A DNA stretch of 64,000 nt from an uncultured bacterium (lineage in GTDB: Bacteria; Fidelibacterota; Marinisomatia; Marinisomatales; UBA1611). The translations under genes and the position numbers were made by a program. Shown one piece after another: positions 54,283 to 64,000 of this stretch. How positions within the stretch are numbered: the stretch's first letter is position 1; every line of letters begins with the position of its first letter. Under the pieces are notes generated by a model. It was given only the letters and a program-made list of their open reading frames with translations, had not been told where the DNA came from and ran no database searches. The stretch covers positions 256,001 through 320,000 of the forward strand of contig CALSPG010000001.1 in assembly GCA_943788175.1 (NCBI GenBank), written 5' to 3'.

Positions 54283-56451
54283 CTATTTTAGCAATATCAT
54301 CTTTCTAGTTTCTCTAAAATCTCCTGCCTGAATCGTATAGATATACATTCCAGCAGCAACAGACTGACCTAAATTGTTGGTTGCATTCCATGTAACATGG
54401 TGATATCCAGCGCGTTGAATTTTTGATGACACTAGTGTACTTACTTTACGACCCATTACATCATAAATTGCTAAATAAACCATACCATCTGTAGGAAGCT
54501 CATATGATATAGACGTATTTGGATTAAAAGGATTAGGATACGCTGGATAAAGCGCAAATTTTCCAGGCAGGGTTTCTAAATTTGGGGTGGTTGACACTGT
54601 TGACACACGTGTCATCTTCCTCTCCATAGTCATATAAAAGCTATTGACGTTTTCCAATCCAGAAAGCATAGGTAATGGCATTGAGTCCGCCACCATTCGT
54701 ACGCAATCATCCATGCTACCATAATAGGCTGAATAATCTTCACATGGATATTCTTTAATACCAAGGATTAATGTATCAGCACTTTGTTGATAAAAATAAG
54801 AATCCCAATCACCTTCCTGGTAGTTGTAATCCTCAAAGTCAATTATATATAAAGAATCTGCGCTGGCATACCAATAAAAGTCTAAGGTATCAATCATTTC
54901 TTGGCCATCAATGTCCTCAAATGTGTTTATTTCATTTCCTGTCGAATCTTCAAAGAAATTCATATATGTAGGTTCTTCATTTTCCATTATATCTTCTAAA
55001 AACATTGAAGGAAGTTTTGTTTCAACACCAGCTAAGAGTTCAACCATTTTAGGGCCAATAGAACCATCTAAAGTAGCAACTACAGACCCGTTTGAATTAT
55101 AAAGGTTAAGGTAGTTAAATGTAACCATGTAATTATTTGTATCTACGCTTACATAATTAGAAAAATTATCCGCGTTCGATGAGAATATATCGGGTTCTTC
55201 ACCGAAAGGCGTAAGACCTTGCGCAAGCACTATTCCTTGATCTACGAAGACGGAAACCATGAAAGGATTATCTACTCCATCAATAGGAAATCCAAATATA
55301 AAAGCAAAAATATCATTAAAGTCAAAATTCATAATGATAAAATCAGGATCATCTGAGTCATCATTACCACTACCAGAACCACCAGCTAAATATTTTGCAG
55401 CGCATTGCCCATCACCATCTTCGCAATCCCAACAGACGCAAGTTTCATCGCCATTTTCAAATCCTATGTTACCATCATTATTAACATAAATTTGGTTCCA
55501 TCCTTCGCCATAAAAAACAAATTCTGATGACAATGCCTGGTATGAATAATCATCATCTTCTACTTCAATCTCATTTGAATACTCTCCTTCAAGATTGGAA
55601 ACAGTATCAGCACTAACAGAGTATTCAGAAAAATCATCATTTGGTATAAATGTTATCTTTTTATAGGCCATATCTAACTCATTTATTCCAGAAAAACCCT
55701 CAATTGGGACTAAAAAAGACTCGCCAGAAGATTCACTGAGATCTACGTTGGTAAATTCCCCATTACCATCTCCAATTCCTATGGCCAAACCGCCAGCAGC
55801 ATCAGCAACATTTGCGCCAGTTAAAAAGAGATCTTGGTAAGTAATTACTATCTTATTCGTACCATAAAAAAGCTGAATTTGAAATGTGTTTAATGCATCT
55901 GAATTATCATATAAAGGAACATCAATGAACGTAATATTTGCAGTTGTATCAGTTTCATCAAAATATATACTGCCACTAGTAGGATCTAAATCAGTTAAAT
56001 AGGCGCCAATTCGAGGTCCATAAGTATAGTCATCTTCATCGATATCGCGATTTTCTTCATCTCCTTCATCCCCTAGATTCATAAGGTCTCCATAAACTAA
56101 ATAAAATAGTTCAGTATCGTATTCACTATTAATAACACTAATACCTCCATTGGCAGTATCCATTCCCATTAAAGAAAGCATATTTGGAATATTTTGATTT
56201 GTTCCTACCGTTACAAATGTGCCAACTTCGGCAGGATCCATTTTCCATTGGCCAACTAAATTGTCCATATCCATAATAAAATTAGAACGCTCGCTTGAAT
56301 TAGATTGCGATCTAAATCTTTTTAAATCCTCAGGTGCATAAATGTTGTATTTATGTTGAAGCTTCTTTAGGTAATTATTTGTTTTATTCTGGAAGCCTTC
56401 GGCAGCAAAACATAATGAAAGAGAAAAAATAAATAAAATTGTTCTTTTCAT
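54283..56451 (-). CDS. Acidic secreted protein with nidogen-like insert and C-terminal sorting domain
   Basis: Probable start MKRTILF at 56451 with AAGGAG RBS; AYPNPFNP tail. Confidence 0.8.
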   Translation of the reverse strand: MKRTILFIFSLSLCFAAEGFQNKTNNYLKKLQHKYNIYAPEDLKRFRSQSNSSERSNFIMDMDNLVGQWKMDPAEVGTFVTVGTNQNIPNMLSLMGMDTANGGISVINSEYDTELFYLVYGDLMNLGDEGDEENRDIDEDDYTYGPRIGAYLTDLDPTSGSIYFDETDTTANITFIDVPLYDNSDALNTFQIQLFYGTNKIVITYQDLFLTGANVADAAGGLAIGIGDGNGEFTNVDLSESSGESFLVPIEGFSGINELDMAYKKITFIPNDDFSEYSVSADTVSNLEGEYSNEIEVEDDDYSYQALSSEFVFYGEGWNQIYVNNDGNIGFENGDETCVCWDCEDGDGQCAAKYLAGGSGSGNDDSDDPDFIIMNFDFNDIFAFIFGFPIDGVDNPFMVSVFVDQGIVLAQGLTPFGEEPDIFSSNADNFSNYVSVDTNNYMVTFNYLNLYNSNGSVVATLDGSIGPKMVELLAGVETKLPSMFLEDIMENEEPTYMNFFEDSTGNEINTFEDIDGQEMIDTLDFYWYASADSLYIIDFEDYNYQEGDWDSYFYQQSADTLILGIKEYPCEDYSAYYGSMDDCVRMVADSMPLPMLSGLENVNSFYMTMERKMTRVSTVSTTPNLETLPGKFALYPAYPNPFNPNTSISYELPTDGMVYLAIYDVMGRKVSTLVSSKIQRAGYHHVTWNATNNLGQSVAAGMYIYTIQAGDFRETRKMILLK

Positions 56452-56655
56452 AATTAAGACTCCTTGTAGTTTTTTAACTAATTGATAAGACATTTAAAAT
56501 TAGGGATATAGTATAGATTTATTATAATAATTATTGAGTTTATTTTTCGACATATAGAGCTAAAAGAATTACTAATAAACTTTATCAAACGGCTGAGAAA
56601 AGCTAGTGTGGTGCTCATAAAATAAAGTAGAGAACTATAAAAACCAGTATATATA

Positions 56656-56771
56656 AAACTATGAAATTTAGGTATAAAGCAAAAAACCCCACTAAAAGTG
56701 AGGTTTCTCGTCGCGTACCCGGGGCCGGACTCGAACCGGCACGGTATTGCTACCAACGGATTTTAAGTCCG
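56656..56771 (-). repeat. att-like direct repeat: 3' part of tRNA-Leu plus terminator
   Basis: Near-identical to 58053..58168 (offset 1397 bp); identity stops at the 5' side of the anticodon stem. Confidence 0.93.
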
Positions 56772-56908
56772 CTTACGAGATTGTCGTGAAAGGCACTTTT
56801 TGTACAACACTGTACAACAAATTACGAGGTTAGTTCTCTCATCACCACCTGGCATGAGAAGTGCCATATGAAATTTTCTTAAGCGCAAAATGATTTTTAT
56901 AAATGATA

Positions 56909-57867
56909 TTACCATGATATAACAACTAGTCCGTTGCCTTCTCTACCTGTCATAGTGTACCTCCATCTGGGTCTGGCATAGTATGCGTTTCCTGCTATAC
57001 TCTGATCCGCATTAGATACTCCTCCAACATAACCTGAACCGCCGCCGCCACCGCCACCATCAGCATCCACCAGCCGCCACCACCATAATAGCCACCTCCT
57101 CCTGCGCCACCATCCAGCAGATTACCTCTAGTAGCTGTTTGATTTCCTCCTAGTGCCAAGTGAACCTGCCTTCTTGAATCACAACCGTCACTGTTGCATA
57201 CCAACTGCGCACCACCTGCTGATTGCGTCCCACCACCGCCACCAGTTCCCGATACCATTGCTCCTCCTAGGGTCACCATTACCGCCAGTTAATGCTTCCA
57301 CCTCCATAGCCTCCATGCAATGCATAAGAAATGTATCCAAGCACTTCCACCGCCTCCACCGGAGCTACAATGACTACGATTTGTGAAAGCATTACCTCCA
57401 ACTGGAACGAACATCAGCTTGCGCCTCCACCGGACTTCCAGCATATGCACTCAGTTTTAGTATGATCCTCCACCATTGAATCCTCCGTTAACCATAGTAC
57501 AAGACCATCCAGATGATTTCCTACATCTGATCCGGATGAATCGCCTTGTCCTCCTACATAGACATAGAGAAGGGTTTCTCCTTGATGTTACGTTTAAAGT
57601 CTCCAGTTGCGTATGCCTCCTTTGCCTGCACCCCAACTACGAATAACTAGTTACATTACCTCCTCTGCCCACCCCATAGCCTTAATTGTAATTGTGCTTA
57701 CACCAGACGGTACGGTAAAAGTTTGTTGTGAGCCAGTGTAGCTAAAAGTCTGGGAACCTGATGAGCTAACTGATGTGTGTGGCTTATGTGCGCCATGAAA
57801 TGATGGCAATGCTATTTGAGCATTTATAAAATTTAATAATAGCAATTAGATAAATATAAATTTTCAC
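56909..57867 (-). pseudogene. Secreted glycine-rich protein, many frameshifts
   Basis: Fragments: signal peptide + NAQIALPSFHGAHKPH, QTFSYTGSQQTFTVPSGVSTITIKA, GGGGGYYGGG, ending GNGLVVISW*. Confidence 0.7.
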
Positions 57868-58076
57868 ATATGAAATTATAAAAGAATAGTTTCGTAATAC
57901 GATATTAGTTTCAATTTTTGAGCAACGTGCAACAAACAACCAAGTACATGATTCACTTACTAGCATTATTTCAAATAACTAAAGTGTTGTACAAAAAAAT
58001 ACATGTACAACATTGTACAACACTTATATTCCATAATATGCCATAATATGCCAAACTATGAAATTTAGCTATATAG

Positions 58077-58104
58077 CAAAAAACCCCACTAAAAGTGAGG
58101 TTTC
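58077..58104 (-). terminator. Terminator of the tRNA operon (duplicated at ~56680-56707)
   Basis: Minus strand AAACCTCAC-tttta-GTGGGGTTTTTTG. Confidence 0.75.
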
Positions 58105-58112
58105 TCGTCGTG

Positions 58113-58196
58113 TACCCGGGGCCGGACTCGAACCGGCACGGTATTGCTACCAACGGATTTTAAGTCCGTAGTGTCTACCAATTCCACCACCCAGGC
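58113..58196 (-). tRNA. tRNA-Leu (anticodon TAA)
   Basis: GCCTGGG/CCCGGGT acceptor stem, ACGGA-CTTAAAA-TCCGT anticodon arm, long variable arm, GGTTCGAGTCC T-loop. Confidence 0.96.
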
Positions 58197-58219
58197 AATA
58201 AAATTTCAAAAACATAATG

Positions 58220-58293
58220 AGGCGTCGGCCGGATTCGAACCGGCGAATAACGGTTTTGCAAACCGGTCCCTTAAACCACTTGGGTACGACGCC
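58220..58293 (-). tRNA. tRNA-Cys (anticodon GCA)
   Basis: GGCGTCG/CGACGCC acceptor stem, CGGT-TTGCAAA-ACCG anticodon arm, GGTTCGAATCC, U discriminator. Confidence 0.93.
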
Positions 58294-58380
58294 ATTGATA
58301 TAATAAAACTTACATAGTTTTTTTAAGACAACAATCTAACTTTTTATAAAATTATGCTCTCATACGCAATAAATTAACAT

Positions 58381-58611
58381 ATGGATTATAAAAGAATAAC
58401 CATGTATAACAGACTAAGAGATTATTTTATACCAGCAGCTGTACTAGATGAAATATTCCAAAGTCATAAAGATATTACAACGCTTGAAAACGCATACGAT
58501 TCTTTGATTCAAGATGGATTCAGTGAAGATGGTGCTGCAGAGAAAATTGCTAAATTAGTATTTGAAGAGACTGGTATTGAGCCAGATTACGGCATAGATG
58601 AGGAAGAATAA
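58381..58611 (+). CDS. Small acidic hypothetical protein
   Basis: 76-aa ORF with globular composition. Confidence 0.6.
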   Translation: MDYKRITMYNRLRDYFIPAAVLDEIFQSHKDITTLENAYDSLIQDGFSEDGAAEKIAKLVFEETGIEPDYGIDEEE

Positions 58612-58943
58612 AAATAATTAAACTGATAATTTTTACTTATCGGTTGTTCTATTTGGTATTCTGTGCCTTTATTCACATTTAATACTAAACTATCTAGAAG
58701 TGGATAGTTTTTCTCTACTAATGTTTCAGTATTTATTTTTCCAAGACTATCCAAAACCATATTACAAACTCTAACTGCCCTATTTCTAGTGTATCCCTCT
58801 TTAGTATCTTGCCATATTATTGGATTAATATCCATCTTGCTTTTAAGCAGTAGCATTTGGTGGTAGACAATAGAGTCAATAGCTATTGGTTCTGCCGAGT
58901 TGGAAAGAGAAAAACCAAGCAAAAGGCATAAGAAACTTCTCAT
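58587..58943 (-). CDS. Hypothetical exported protein (start MRSFL at 58943)
   Basis: ATGA overlap with the upstream stop; signal-like N-terminus. Confidence 0.55.
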   Translation of the reverse strand: MRSFLCLLLGFSLSNSAEPIAIDSIVYHQMLLLKSKMDINPIIWQDTKEGYTRNRAVRVCNMVLDSLGKINTETLVEKNYPLLDSLVLNVNKGTEYQIEQPISKNYQFNYFYSSSSMP

Positions 58944-59278
58944 TTTACTACAGTAACTAAACCTACGAAAAAATAAAATATTATTGCTGTGACGCACATA
59001 CCGTAAGTTGAAGTCCAACTTGACATAAACTTTGACTGCTCGAAATCTCTATTGTATTCATTAATTTGAATCTGGTCAATTAGTGTCTCACCGCCTTTTT
59101 CTCTACATAATTTTGAAGCTTTAAAATATCGAGGAAGATCCTTTACAGGTAGGGCTTTAACTCCAAACTTTCTTGCAAAAGTAACAGTTCGGTCGGAGCA
59201 AGGATTATTTACATTAAGATTATCTTGAGAATAAATTATAGAGAAACAAATAATAAAGCTGCGTACTATATATTTCAT
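58940..59278 (-). CDS. Hypothetical protein with signal peptide and C-terminal TM
   Basis: Translationally coupled to both neighbours. Confidence 0.6.
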   Translation of the reverse strand: MKYIVRSFIICFSIIYSQDNLNVNNPCSDRTVTFARKFGVKALPVKDLPRYFKASKLCREKGGETLIDQIQINEYNRDFEQSKFMSSWTSTYGMCVTAIIFYFFVGLVTVVK

Positions 59279-60016
59279 TTTAATGCATAAACAACTTTAA
59301 AAGTAAAAATAGGAATTTCATCAATTTTCATCTCCGGTCCTTTTACAGTTTTCCCCTGAAAACGCCACTTGTTCTTTTTATAGTTATTATTCAAAAAACC
59401 CATTTTAATATCAATTCCAATCCACGGCCTTATGTAGTATCGATATCCGAGCATCCCCGAAAAGCCTAGCCAATCTGTTACCATCGTATTTTCAGAAGCA
59501 ACCTGACTCAATGGGCTCTCATCTCCAAAACTATTTAATAATTCATTCCAATCATCTGTGATTGTGTTAACGCCGCTACCATCTGAACTCGAAGGCTTTG
59601 TTTCAAGAATGAGTCTAGACCGACCCCATATTGGAGTCAATGTAAAATTCAATTCAACTTTTGGTTTAAGTCTGAAGAAAGTTTCCAGCGGAATCATTCT
59701 ATAATTTATGGTACGATAGAAAACAGGCTTACTAGTTGCAAACCCTTCTAATCTTCCAATATCAATTGATTTAAGAACATTATAACCAACCCTAGCATTA
59801 TGAAAGAATTCATAATAAACACTAAAATTAATTAGCAAATTCCTTGTGAGTATATTTCCAGTAGGAAAAGATACTAACTCATTACTGTCAAAACCTTCCA
59901 TGGTAGGTTCATAGAAGCCTGTACCAAAATCAATACTAATTTTTGGCTGACTATATAGTGATACCACTAAAAAGTAGCAATGGAATACTTTTAAACTGTA
60001 AAATTTGACTCTTCAT
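59275..60016 (-). CDS. Probable outer-membrane beta-barrel; signal peptide separated by a 1-nt frameshift
   Basis: Beta-strand pattern (GMLGYRYY, FTFKVVYALK); upstream ATG at 60016 is in a different frame. Confidence 0.55.
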
Positions 60017-60039
60017 TAGACTATCGTAATTTACACCAC

Positions 60040-60912
60040 ATGAAACGATTACTAGAAATATTCTTATTTTTATTCGCAGTGCTTTATGGCGATAGTTTAG
60101 ATACGGATGTAAGTCATGTCATTATTGATCACAAGGGAAACTCTATTATCGCCATTGTTGACTCTATTGATCTTGATAATGTTTATTACAAACTTAAAAG
60201 CAATAATGAACCAGGAAAGATGGATATCAATAAAGTGTATTACATCTATAATGATTTTGATAGGATATTTCATTATGACTGGAGTTACTATGAGAATTTG
60301 AGAAGGATCACAAATAGAACAGGGAAAATAGTCACCTTGAAAAATGATAGTATAGAATTTAAAAATATCGAATTTACTTCGAATAGAATTTATCCAGAGA
60401 TTTTAGTGCATGGAACAAATGATACCTCATTTTATATGAAATCTTTAGATGTTTATAAAATTGAGACTGACTATTCTGTGCTTCATTATGCAGCTAAACG
60501 TGGTTTTTGGTATAGTTTCTCAGCATTTATATTATCTCTGCTGCTATTGATACTCGACTTAAATGGGATGATTCGAGACGATTTTCTCCTCAGGTGTGGG
60601 ATCAATACAATGATTTATTACCATCTGTAAAGTTTATGAACTTAAAACCAACTGGTGTAACGTTTGCTTCAGTATCATATTTAATACCAATGTCTGTTCT
60701 AGCATCGATGTTTTGGGATATTTATAAAGATAAACGTTCTTTTTATTTTCATCCGCTAGAAAAAGAGACACCATATCCGCGAACAATGTATGTATTTTCA
60801 CCTAAGCATCTAATGCAAGCTTTTGTAAAAAAAGTCATTAGTACGAATCGAAAGAAGTAATATTGGTAATTATATTATTTCAAATATTAGAAAAAGAGTG
60901 AATAAGAAGTAA
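60040..60912 (+). pseudogene. Hypothetical membrane protein split by frameshifts
   Basis: Overlapping ORFs 60040..60630 and 60594..60860 read as one continuous protein; end approximate. Confidence 0.5.
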
Positions 60913-60917
60913 GAAAC

Positions 60918-62800
60918 ATGTACAGTATAGTTAAGATTTATCGCCATTTTGTTTTTCTTCTAATAATTGTGTTTTTTTCTTGTGTGGATAAAGATCCTAC
61001 ATTAATACAGCTTCCTGATACAACTGCTCCCACTGGGTATATTGTAAGCCCGTTAAATGGTAGTTCGGTTTCTGGTAATACATCGCTTCAAATTATAGCG
61101 ATTGACAATGAAGAGGTCGATACTGTTTTTTTCATGATTAAAGGACAAAACGATAACAGCTACCGTAATATCGATTCTACTACCAATGTCTCAAATGATA
61201 TTTGGCAAGGTAGTTGGGATACAAGGAATGTGCAATGGGTCGAAAATGAAAATTATTTTATAACATTCAAAGCCATAGAATCTAGTTGGCAACTCTTATA
61301 TTGCTTCGCCGATAATCGTAAAACTTGACAATCAAGATGATGAGTCCCCCAACGGATATATTAAGAATCCTATCACAGGTCAAACTGTAAATGGCATTGT
61401 TTCAATTGAAGTTGAAGCAACGGATAATAAAGCGATACAGTATGTAAGTATTTTTGTAAATAATGAAATTAAAATAACCCATTTAACCGAACCTTTTAAT
61501 TATGATTGGAATACTGAGTTAGTCACAGATGATCTTGTTTATTCTATTTACGCAGTGATTGTAGATATCGATAATAACAGAACAACAATACCACCAATTA
61601 GTGTAACCGTTAATAATAACCTTCCTATAGATGTAGCTCCTCCTACTGGTGCATTAACTAGTCCACCAGCAGGTTCTGTAGTTTTTGGTAATACTGCTAT
61701 ACAGGTTACGGCTGCTGATGATCAACTTTTAGATTATATTGAATTTTATATTGATGGAAACCTTAATGGATCCTTTGATTGTAAACGGACCTAATTGCAC
61801 TGCCTCATATGACTGGGACACTTTAATAGAAACCGAAGGAGAACATACTATTCAAGCTATTTTAGTTGATGGCTGGAATAACAAAACAGTTTTAACCCCA
61901 GTAACTGTAATTGTTAATAATATAGATCAGGATGACATACATCCTACCTCGACTATAATCTCTCCTGCATCTGGCGCATTAGTTTCCGGGCAAGTAATAA
62001 TTGAAACTTTAATTAGTGACAACACGGGTATTGATAAAGTTGATTTTTTTATAAATAATGTATTTGTACACGTAGATAGTAGCGGACCAGATTATACATA
62101 TATTTGGGATACAGATACTGTTCCAGATGATGAAGATTATATTTTAGGTATTATAGCATATGATTTAATTGGAAATGAAGGTCCTAGTACGCCAATCACA
62201 GTCCATTTAGATAATGATGATAACGTATTACCAAATGGAACAATAACGTACCCATATGCTGGACAAGTTGTTTCTGGCATTGAGCAAATTTCCGTTTATG
62301 CTGTTGATAATGCAGAAATCGATTCAGTATCTCTTTACATTGATAACGTATTGGTTTTTTCTGATACTAGTGAGCCGTATGAATATGATTGGAATACAAA
62401 TTTTGAGATTGAAGATGTGAACCATATAATAGGATCAATTATTACAGATGCTTCAGGAAATCATTTTGAAGTTCCTTCAATAAGTGTTTTTGTAAATAAT
62501 ATTCCAAATGATTCTAATCCCCCAACAATAATTATTTCTAGCCCTCTTGATGGTCAAACTGTTTCAGGTGTCGTTAATTTTGCCGCACATGTAGATGATG
62601 ATACAGGAATAGCTAGTGTGGAGTTTTTTATTGATGGCTTTTCTGTAAAAACAGATTCTGAAACACCGTACTCTTTTTCTTGGGACACGACTATCAATAT
62701 TGGTGTACATGGCAATGAACACGCACTATCTGCTATCGTTGTTGACTTGGCAGGAAACACAACTTTTTCTCAACCAATTTTAGTTACAGTAGACAATTAA
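60918..62800 (+). pseudogene. Lipoprotein with tandem bacterial Ig-like (Big_7-type) repeats, frameshifted
   Basis: Lipobox FFSC; repeated D..PP...I.SP..G.TVSG...A.DN..I..V.F.ID......PY.Y.WDT units. Confidence 0.8.
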
Positions 62801-62801
62801 A

Positions 62802-64000
62802 ATGATTCTTCGTTTAAAATATTATATAATCATTCTTATTGTACTTTTAAGTTGTGAAGGTCCATTTTTTGAAATTCCTCCTGAACCTGACACAACGGCT
62901 CCTTTAGTTGAAATCACTAATCCCGCTGATCAAGGAGTGCTGTCTGATTCTGTTTTAGTTACTATTTACGCTTCTGATAATGATGCGATTAAAACCGTGC
63001 AATTATATATAAATGATTCCTTAGTCTTGATTCAGCAGAAGCCCCTTATCAGTATTTTTGGAACACCTTAGATTATACTGAAGATCAATTTCATAATCTG
63101 CGTGCAAGGGCAGTTGATTTTGCTAATAATGATAATCAAACTAGTCCAGTCCGAGTAATTGTGGATAATAATGATAATATTAAACCAACTGGATCCCTGC
63201 TCTACCCATTTAGCGGTCAAACGCTTAATGGTGTAATAACTATAATTGCTGATGCTGCTGATAATGATTCATTATCTTCCGTTGTTTTTTTTATAAATGG
63301 TGATTCAGTAGGAGTAAAAACAGCGGCTCCATTTTCTTACGATTGGAATACTTCTCTTGAGTTTGATGACTACTCATATGTCATATCGCTCAAAGTAAAT
63401 GATGCCAGTGGTAATTATATACTCTTGGGCCGATAAGCGTTACGGTTGATAATGAAGAGAATATTCAAGTTGATACTACGCCACCTACAGGTACAATAGT
63501 CTACCCCCCTATGGCGGCAACTGTTTCTGGAACTATAATTATTCAAATAGATGCTTTCGATAATGAAGAAGTGAGTAAAGTAGAGTTAACCATAGATGGA
63601 ACCAATCCGATTATTGATGATAGCTCGCCTTATGAATTTACTTGGAACACCAACGATGCAAGTGAAGATAATAATCATTTCATTGCTGCAACTGCTACAG
63701 ATAGTAGCGGAAATACAACAAATCTAATGCCAGTAACTGTTTTTGTAGATAATGAAGAAAATATAATAGATGATAATATTCCACCATCAGTAGTAATAAC
63801 AAGTCCTGCAGCGAATCAGACTGTCAGCGGTTCAATTCTAGTGACAGCAGCTGCATTTGATAATATTGGAATTTCTAGAGTTGAGTTTTATCGAAACTCA
63901 ACTATTTATGAAAGTGATGCTAACTACCCTTATGAAGTCTCTTGGAATACCCTGTTGGATGACGAGGAAAGTTCGCATACCTGGTTTGCGAAAGCATTCG
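62802..64000 (+). pseudogene. Second Ig-repeat lipoprotein, frameshifted, runs off window
   Basis: Lipobox LLSC; the same repeat unit continues to the window end. Confidence 0.75.

Larger units (their letters stand above)
56772..58168. mobile_element. ~1.4 kb integrase-less element integrated in tRNA-Leu(TAA)
   Basis: Flanking tRNA-derived direct repeats, TGTACAACA boxes at both inner ends, one cargo gene with visibly higher GC. Confidence 0.8.

Noticed and set aside
56478-56756. ORF MVAIPCRFESGPG... and its twin at 57971..58153
   Set aside because: Both are translations of the tRNA-Leu sequence and its duplicate, not proteins.
56716-56771. Second tRNA-Leu gene
   Set aside because: Lacks the 5' acceptor strand and D-arm; it is an att remnant.
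56801-58053. CRISPR interpretation of the short TGTACAACA / CCATAATATG repeats
   Set aside because: Repeats are 9-10 bp with no spacers; no cas genes.

Overview
AT-rich bacterial chromosome segment. It probably comes from a marine FCB-group organism such as Ca. Marinimicrobia; this is inferred from the C-terminal YPNPFN FlgD/T9SS-like sorting domains, the GldAFG-like ABC genes and overall gene style. Housekeeping and signalling genes: GldA/F/G-like ABC transporter, leuS, a hybrid kinase / response regulator / adenylate-cyclase locus, lepB, rnhB, and tRNA-Cys plus tRNA-Leu. Metabolic and secreted-protein genes: an amide/peptide scavenging block, secreted GH18 and GH81 glycoside hydrolases, a leuB-leuA-leuC-leuD-cimA operon, asnB, stand-alone trpB2 and tandem Ig-repeat lipoproteins. 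Best new observations: (1) a ~1.4 kb integrase-less cassette inserted in tRNA-Leu(TAA), bounded by a ~116 bp direct repeat, with five TGTACAACA arm-type-like boxes and one secreted glycine-rich cargo gene; (2) two unannotated leader peptides, an Ile/Leu/Val-rich one before the leu/cimA operon and a Trp-Trp one with alternative hairpins before trpB2; (3) an asparagine synthetase resembling eukaryotic/giant-virus enzymes; (4) a secreted poly-lysine micro-protein. Several genes are broken by clustered single-base indels, which more likely reflect long-read errors than true pseudogenes.
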